Virus record (IMG/VR): IMGVR_UViG_3300027413_000005
Location: 1 to 64,000 of that record
Strand: one strand, 5' to 3'
Origin: an uncultured virus (IMG/VR IMGVR_UViG_3300027413_000005)
Lineage: Duplodnaviria > Heunggongvirae > Uroviricota > Caudoviricetes
Length of the DNA stretch: 64,000 nt
The notes under the pieces were generated by a model. That model saw only the letters and a list, made by a program, of their open reading frames with translations, did no database searches and was not told the origin of the DNA. Positions 59,901-64,000 of the stretch are shown here, piece after piece (the first letter of the stretch is position 1; the number at the start of each line of letters is the position of its first letter). Both the position numbers and the translations under genes were made by a program.

Positions 59901-62900
59901 AAAGATGCAAGAGCATGGATGTCTAAGAATTTACCTGGTGTTAGTTTCAATAGAGTTAAGAATATAATAAAAACTAAAGATGGAAAAAAAGCATGGGGAT
60001 TCTTTGAAAACAATAGTATATATGTATATGAAAATGCAGAAGTAGGTACAGTTTACCATGAAGCATTTGAAGCTGTCTTTGCACAATTCTTATCTCCACA
60101 AGAAAAGGAAAAACTATTTAATGAATTTACATCTCGCAAAGGAACTTTTGTAGACAGACCTACAGGAAGAACAGTAAAATATTCTCAAGCTACGAGAGAT
60201 GAAATGAGAGAACAGTTAGCAGAAGACTTTAGAGATTATATACAAGACAAGAAAAAACCAGAAGGTGGTTTCTTTTCTAGAGTATTTAAACAATTAAAGG
60301 ATCTTATTGAAAAATGGTTTCTTAGTCCACAGTCACAAACTTATAGTAATGAATTGTTTGACAAGATTGATGGAGGTGGCTTTGTGTCTTTGGATTACCT
60401 TCCTCTTTTACCTTTTGGGTTATTTAATTCTTATGATACTGTTGACTTTGCAACACCAGGAACTAGTGCTGTATTTAGAGTAGAAACAGGTCTTAGTGAT
60501 GTGCAAGTACATGATACGATTGAGCACATGACATATCTTACACTGAGAAATATAATTGCAAATAACGAAAGTTTATTCTCAGTACCAGAACTTAATCAAA
60601 CAGAGTTATATAGTAGATTAAAAGGTGAGGTTCTTGCTTCTGTAGGACAGGTGGCCCAACAGTATAAAGACATTCGTCCTCAGTTTGAAAAGTCAACTGG
60701 AGGTCAATTACAAGAAATAGATAATAAAATAGATGAGACTGTAGATCTAATGCAAAGAATAGATGACTCATGGACTTATCTTACTAAAAAGCATAAAGAA
60801 TATATACTATCTTTTGGGATTACTTTTGATGAAGCTGATCAGTTACAACTAGAAGAAGATAGATCTAATAAAGGGTATAATTCTGATGCTACAAAAATAG
60901 ATAACTTTAAAAAGACTGGAGCAGCAGTAAAATTATTACTAGCTACTGTTCCAGTAGTTACAGTTAATGAAAATGCAGATGTAAGATTTAGTCCTAGCAC
61001 TATAAACGGTGTTAAGCTTCTTCCTGTTACACAAACATTTATTACTGTTTTAGAAAATGTTTCTAATGCTACTAGCATGGAGAACATGTTAGAGAAGTTA
61101 AGGGATGTTGCTCTTAATGATCCTAATTACTTATCTTTATATAAACGTCTTAGTGGAAGAGGTGCTAATGAAGGTGCAGTTAGTCTTGACAATATTACTG
61201 AAAGACATCAGTTAACCTTACTAGCAGCATTGTTTAAAACATTTAAAAAACAAAATCCTATTGTTAAAATAGTAAATGTATTAGAGAATGGAGAAACTGT
61301 AGTTTCTGAAGCTAATTTATCTACAGCATCTCGTCAGATGTCTCAACAGTATCTAAACTCTATTGTTACTACATCTAAGAGAGGTAATGGAATATTTAAG
61401 CAAGTGGGTGGAGTATTTAATCCAGACACTAAAAAGTTATCTAAATATCCTTTAAATACTTTGCAGAACATGTTTAATTTCTTAGGAGGATTAGGCATAC
61501 CTTTTAATGCAAAAGAGTACAATAATTTTGATGTAGGTCAAAAGAAAAGATTTGCATCAGCTGTTAATGGAATAAAGAAAAGTATTGAACAATCAAAAGA
61601 TATTAAATTCTTTTCTACTAAATCATTAAACTTTGCTGGACAGATATTAAATTTAGCTACATTAAAAGTTATAGCTACTAACCCAGAGGTATCTAGTACA
61701 TACTTTAATATAGATGGTGAGAGAGTTCAAACTTATATTGGAACTAATGCTGCATCTGAAGTACATAACTTTATGACATCTGTAGGAAATAAGCAAGAAC
61801 TAGGAGATACTCCTTATTCTTATTTATTAACTGATGTATTCGCACAAAACTCTACTATAATAGAAAGAATATATGATGCAGAAGGTAACCTAAGAACAGA
61901 TAAAGTAAATTTATTTAAGCCAGGATATGCTGGAGGAATACTCAATGGACAAAAAGGTACTGCAAAGGGATCATCTCAGTTACAATTTCCTGATAGACTA
62001 CGACAAGAATTAAATCAAAACATAAATGGTCAATATCTAAACCTTGTTCCTGGAGATTCTTCTTTAGAGCATACGTTAGAAATGGGCAATCCTATTACTG
62101 AAAGAGACATAGTAAGTGGAGGTGCAGTATTAAACACTGTAATGAAAGGTTATTTTCTTTCTGAAGTAGAATTAGCTAGAGAAAAACGTGATATAGTTGA
62201 GATAGATAATAGACAAACTTCTGACTTAAGATTCTTTAAAGAGATATTAGGAGAAGAATTGCATGAAGAGATAAGACAAAATGTTTTAGATCCTGCTTTA
62301 ACAGCAGAACAAGTTTATGAACTCAGTGTAGATAAAATTATAGATGCTACTTCTTCTTATATACAAAGAAATAAAAATCAATATGCTACTTTTTTATTAA
62401 AGTACGGAGTTATACAACAAGCTGAAAATGAGCAATCAGGAGAACTTACAGATAGGTATACTGCATCAGGTGTAGAAGGTATGACAAATATGACTATACA
62501 AGAAATGGACAGAAAACTTCTTGTGCAGGAGATTAATTATATCATTTCTAACATAGAGATGCATAAAATACTATATGGAGATCCTTATGGATATAAAGAT
62601 GAACTTAAACGTATTAAAAGTTTCTTATCTCCTAGACAAGCTATAGTTAACAACTCTCCACAATGGAACAATAGAGCAAATGAAATATGGAATAGAGGAT
62701 TAGAAATAGATACTGTAGGTTATACTAAGTTTACTAGAGATTACTTTCGAACTGTAACAGGAGGAGATGTAAAAGGAGTAATAGATATACCTAATTATAA
62801 AGCATATACAGAGACTGATGGTGGAGGAATAATTTCTATAAAAGCTTATCGTAACTTTAGAATTAGAACTGCAGACTGGAATGATGCACAAGAGAGTCAA

Positions 62901-64000
62901 TATAGATATGATATAGCTTGGTACAAAAGACACAAGAGTTTACCACTTTCAAAATCAGAAAAAGATCTTTTAAAAGAAGGTAACCCTCAAGTACAGAGTA
63001 CATACGTAACTCTTAAACCTATTGTTTCTGGTGCTAAACTAGATAAAGACGGTAGTGTATCTGCTAATAATAATGTAGTGCTAGATAAATATGCATTATA
63101 TCCTCTTTCATACAGAGTGATGCATGAAATAAATCCTACATCTAATACTCTTAAGTTATATGATAAGATGCAAAAAGAAGATATAGATTATCTGGTCTTT
63201 GAGTCTGGTAGAAAAGTAGGAGCAGAAGGTATACATGATACATATAATGATGATGGTGAGTTTAATAATGCAGAATATGAAAGTGTTATAAATATACCGT
63301 TTAATATTATAAGTCTGCAATCAGAAGTACCTTCTAAGGAAGATGGAAGAGTAACACGTGCAAGTCAAATTACTAAACTTATAACTCTAGATTACTTAGA
63401 TAATGGTATGCCTATAGATTATAAAGGTGCACTTGATCAGTGGTTAACTTTAACTGAAGAACAAAAACAAAAAGCATCAGTTATATATGCAGAGATTCAG
63501 AATAACACAAAGCTCTTAGATGAGATGACCAAGGAAGGTCTTAATGTTATGATGAAAAAACTTGGTATTACCAGAGTAGGTAACGCATATAAAGTTACTG
63601 ATTTGGCTCCAGCTGCTAAAACATTACGTGAGGAATTATTTAAAAGAGAGACTAATGATAATATAAGTGATGCTCTAGATGGATTTTTAATGGGAGATGC
63701 AGTTCTAGAAGCTACCCAATCATATAATCAGATTAGAAATATATTATATTCTATAGTACAGAAAAGTATTGTACGTCCTAAGATAAACGGTGGACAGAAA
63801 GTGCAGATACCTTCAGCATTATTTGAGTCTACTCGTACAAAAAAAACCACTATTAATGGTAAGATAGGTTATACTTCTGAGGTACTTAAGTTTTACAATA
63901 ACTCAAAGGGAGAAAACGTAATGGAAGTTATGGTGGGTCGTTGGTTTGGTAGTAGCTTATCTGATGAGGCACTTCTAGAATACCTAAACAATACTGAGGA
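53931..64000 (+). CDS. Giant virion RNA polymerase polyprotein, 3' end beyond the window (>3350 aa)
   Basis: ATG 53931 (MAKDIKKAQTG). Spot-checked in frame: YHEAFEAVF (60054) and ETDGGG (62811); LKPIVSG, LDKYALYPL and FESGRKVG follow. The track lists no closed + strand ORF after 53920, consistent with one frame open to the end. Catalytic DxDxD not seen, expected downstream. Confidence 0.8.
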   Translation, partial: MAKDIKKAQTGINIPPMANVPSPTSSNQSFMQERFGGYREPGNPRPMPNISTRPNLGVVKPNNGNQPSGLDLLLRDASTRGDRGKGDRITTADEYEGADRYDYFQPSSMGVDNEDMAGQYQSLGSKAVNGVTKGLILAGTTFIQGTAGLVNGVYQAINDGKFSSFYDNEFNRGLDGINKWSEDAMPNYYTAAERDANFYSPKYWATGNFVFDGVIKNLGFAAGAYLTGGAYTNVLKALPGTSRLFSMGKAAETLAATEKGLSAANKGAGVYGEIKALSDSFLAQYNLLNPAGRAVVAGLSTTGEAGIEALHNSNEFRQELIDEFKKEYGVVPGAEQMDNINAAVEGAGNASFYANVGILTASNYVIFPRIARSSFKADKRAINGLVREIDDIAYEGGKYAAKTSKLHPILRTLNNIRPYTFTVSEGLEEVSQYGSSVGTQDYYNKQYNNEATSWLTSIGVGLTKGVFSDEGAKNALIGGLSGGIMTGRGRYRRNQQRAADTAEAIELLNDFQLSDFTKESIYSNNRAGVLGEELEQAAERGDMLSYKNLESQYIINYLTPRIKYGRLDLVMQDIADMKKLSSTEQGFAQLVAEGKVQEGETKETFIARLENFKQTANDVNSLYQSLELRYGGITEEGVDGKRYRTYGPAVINKMIYAASTVADTDSRIPQLSAELQAAIPTLNIQEILQDLISGEVESFNNAVNQIQNLDILSDKKDVLGEKLNDVAALAKIRELMLQEYELIKTNPKNFQEKPLRQQDSVKTYEEILEDDANTFVIKAKNGEQSLQIGQEYFVGQGVNFEGETPLDEPVVISSFVPVGQNEDGTIQIKDQSGQVRDISPDVLLDYNVGRKSTLVNNKTANFYYRHRDKVFEFNFGKNFGGKRKGRLMYDNGKLFFVYKDSNGTILKKELANKFFAPQPGFDQARITPVGKVTAEQQDAANQFLSPEELAKNEQTLQSNRENRLKIMNDLGVESKRRLEEINKQLEKDRKKLAIIKKDLESIYTMKEGGSRIKLTYSKAQKNFTRAINNYTAMQQDTQDRITELEREQEELDLNTSYFEAFEVDLLDLPGNTKEFLKELKDQLSLLEQNGKAVNNEIKANNKLLDSIKKATKKAAKLLKSALETTYVYDEDYGDYLKDLLEKSVTGEDLLNTWPLLKQELANFNLTNDIQKETNVSERDVFDALESRKELEATLESLRKEYVAKKVIVDRFQRVMDEYVVEKQNQDKIANNTKLLADLQQTANTGPVTDAEPKSFDPISKKSNDVIPRASVGEPTGPIQDHQVRANTFGVNLNKFANRKNIRAIYLTLKTQDQKLDGVVQRILDNGSPELMEKFGDSIIVMVMIDTAGNLVGVDGQPIPNTKNQLDNAIYQTIPESSLTNTKGSLFRVEDSETAAIKKQFGVFRKGILDRNMVGVPFNIEASFGIPQYEQDSNGNNVLGTTSVVEADLISETDLSKTNVIFIPTTNKNIFKGTVTYSQPFGSVFLDLPNGYVKLRNRKHTTQEAEAIYDSLHALSKEIVDLDKGATSDTSVRLFNFLKGVTYWGIPVDTNGNRKATGQNSVFFEREIGESISGINFTKLSLKMGAFPSVDFNPVSISKNKEFIIETLGQMYNNIDNSNLKNIDQSFEQITKINENGTIESITWPNYQTYLLSKNIPGGGTRQDFQLPLHTTMKPVVEGSDEVNRRGVYFVNEDSAEDFISEVVPPKSTRIQVISPKGPAAPTQQTSEVSLNKQSSLSTIVSSWLQTEEGSLDNQTAEESASKFALIYNRKNPVTGEDNRSVAEIIEGNKSLTPGQRKDNAGQVGTDLFNTIAQGMSVRETILNEIKNQTLSLKPTPQTSEVEVVLDNKQTNTFTSPKGKKILFKASPSTTAQNYKEKGQISVMMNDDLKQLLAENPDAATQEKIKKSIKYEIYNYIAPELAKLKEQDAEDEMQMTPEMFDQIMAARKQKGKSSPSSDVLNALKNGRNNQNNEVLREVVTESIEGMSEENWKDARAWMSKNLPGVSFNRVKNIIKTKDGKKAWGFFENNSIYVYENAEVGTVYHEAFEAVFAQFLSPQEKEKLFNEFTSRKGTFVDRPTGRTVKYSQATRDEMREQLAEDFRDYIQDKKKPEGGFFSRVFKQLKDLIEKWFLSPQSQTYSNELFDKIDGGGFVSLDYLPLLPFGLFNSYDTVDFATPGTSAVFRVETGLSDVQVHDTIEHMTYLTLRNIIANNESLFSVPELNQTELYSRLKGEVLASVGQVAQQYKDIRPQFEKSTGGQLQEIDNKIDETVDLMQRIDDSWTYLTKKHKEYILSFGITFDEADQLQLEEDRSNKGYNSDATKIDNFKKTGAAVKLLLATVPVVTVNENADVRFSPSTINGVKLLPVTQTFITVLENVSNATSMENMLEKLRDVALNDPNYLSLYKRLSGRGANEGAVSLDNITERHQLTLLAALFKTFKKQNPIVKIVNVLENGETVVSEANLSTASRQMSQQYLNSIVTTSKRGNGIFKQVGGVFNPDTKKLSKYPLNTLQNMFNFLGGLGIPFNAKEYNNFDVGQKKRFASAVNGIKKSIEQSKDIKFFSTKSLNFAGQILNLATLKVIATNPEVSSTYFNIDGERVQTYIGTNAASEVHNFMTSVGNKQELGDTPYSYLLTDVFAQNSTIIERIYDAEGNLRTDKVNLFKPGYAGGILNGQKGTAKGSSQLQFPDRLRQELNQNINGQYLNLVPGDSSLEHTLEMGNPITERDIVSGGAVLNTVMKGYFLSEVELAREKRDIVEIDNRQTSDLRFFKEILGEELHEEIRQNVLDPALTAEQVYELSVDKIIDATSSYIQRNKNQYATFLLKYGVIQQAENEQSGELTDRYTASGVEGMTNMTIQEMDRKLLVQEINYIISNIEMHKILYGDPYGYKDELKRIKSFLSPRQAIVNNSPQWNNRANEIWNRGLEIDTVGYTKFTRDYFRTVTGGDVKGVIDIPNYKAYTETDGGGIISIKAYRNFRIRTADWNDAQESQYRYDIAWYKRHKSLPLSKSEKDLLKEGNPQVQSTYVTLKPIVSGAKLDKDGSVSANNNVVLDKYALYPLSYRVMHEINPTSNTLKLYDKMQKEDIDYLVFESGRKVGAEGIHDTYNDDGEFNNAEYESVINIPFNIISLQSEVPSKEDGRVTRASQITKLITLDYLDNGMPIDYKGALDQWLTLTEEQKQKASVIYAEIQNNTKLLDEMTKEGLNVMMKKLGITRVGNAYKVTDLAPAAKTLREELFKRETNDNISDALDGFLMGDAVLEATQSYNQIRNILYSIVQKSIVRPKINGGQKVQIPSALFESTRTKKTTINGKIGYTSEVLKFYNNSKGENVMEVMVGRWFGSSLSDEALLEYLNNTE
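59091..59453 (+). repeat. 24-bp direct repeats (23/24 identical) flanking an in-frame cassette
   Basis: CCAACACAACAAACTAGTGAGGTT (59091-59114) and CCAACACCACAAACTAGTGAGGTT (59430-59453). Confidence 0.9.

Noticed and set aside
11298..62933. Other antisense or alternate-frame track ORFs nested in long genes (e.g. 11298, 15522, 16428, 20704, 40695, 58553, 62700; likewise 247, 3178, 4978)
   Set aside because: Nested in or overlapping well-supported genes, with no recognisable motifs
1..64000. Stop-codon reassignment (TAG/TGA) as in some crAss-like phages
   Set aside because: Core genes are full length in the standard code, and TAG/TGA end genes at sensible boundaries (e.g. MCP ends in TAG)
1..64000. 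tRNA genes or CRISPR arrays
   Set aside because: No cloverleaf signature or regularly spaced repeat-spacer array noticed by eye; the repeats found are coding

Overview
A 64-kb, AT-rich segment of a crAss-like (Crassvirales-related) podovirus in the standard genetic code. The host is probably a Bacteroidota/Flavobacteriia member, judging from TTTG-N19-21-TAnnTTTG promoters and A-rich leaders without Shine-Dalgarno sites. Bases 1-8533 are a minus-strand early/replication arm: family B DNA polymerase, a replication-organiser-like protein, a minimal SET-domain protein, a 3D-domain protein, a Fis-like HTH, a membrane-anchored AT-hook peptide and many tiny ORFs. A G/C-run-rich divergent intergenic region (8534-8874) follows. 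The plus-strand arm carries RepL-like and HU-like genes, terminase, portal, putative scaffold, major capsid protein and ring/auxiliary proteins. It continues with an accessory block of Thr-tract/Cys-rich modular proteins and a Nal1-like serine protease, then a metallophosphoesterase and IHF-like/tail tubular/stabilisation (muzzle) genes. It ends with three cargo proteins and a giant virion RNA polymerase gene (53931 to beyond the window end) that the ORF track omits. Most notable: (1) an apparent cassette-shuffling system with poly-Thr linkers, Cys-clamped cassettes, a ~70-aa N-terminal module in six genes and an apparently split muzzle; (2) a 339-bp in-frame cassette bounded by 24-bp direct repeats in the vRNAP gene; (3) a recurring K-x-x-x-G(G) motif in the cargo proteins; (4) a palindromic operator shared by two promoters. 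All protein calls come from motif reading and gene order, not database searches.
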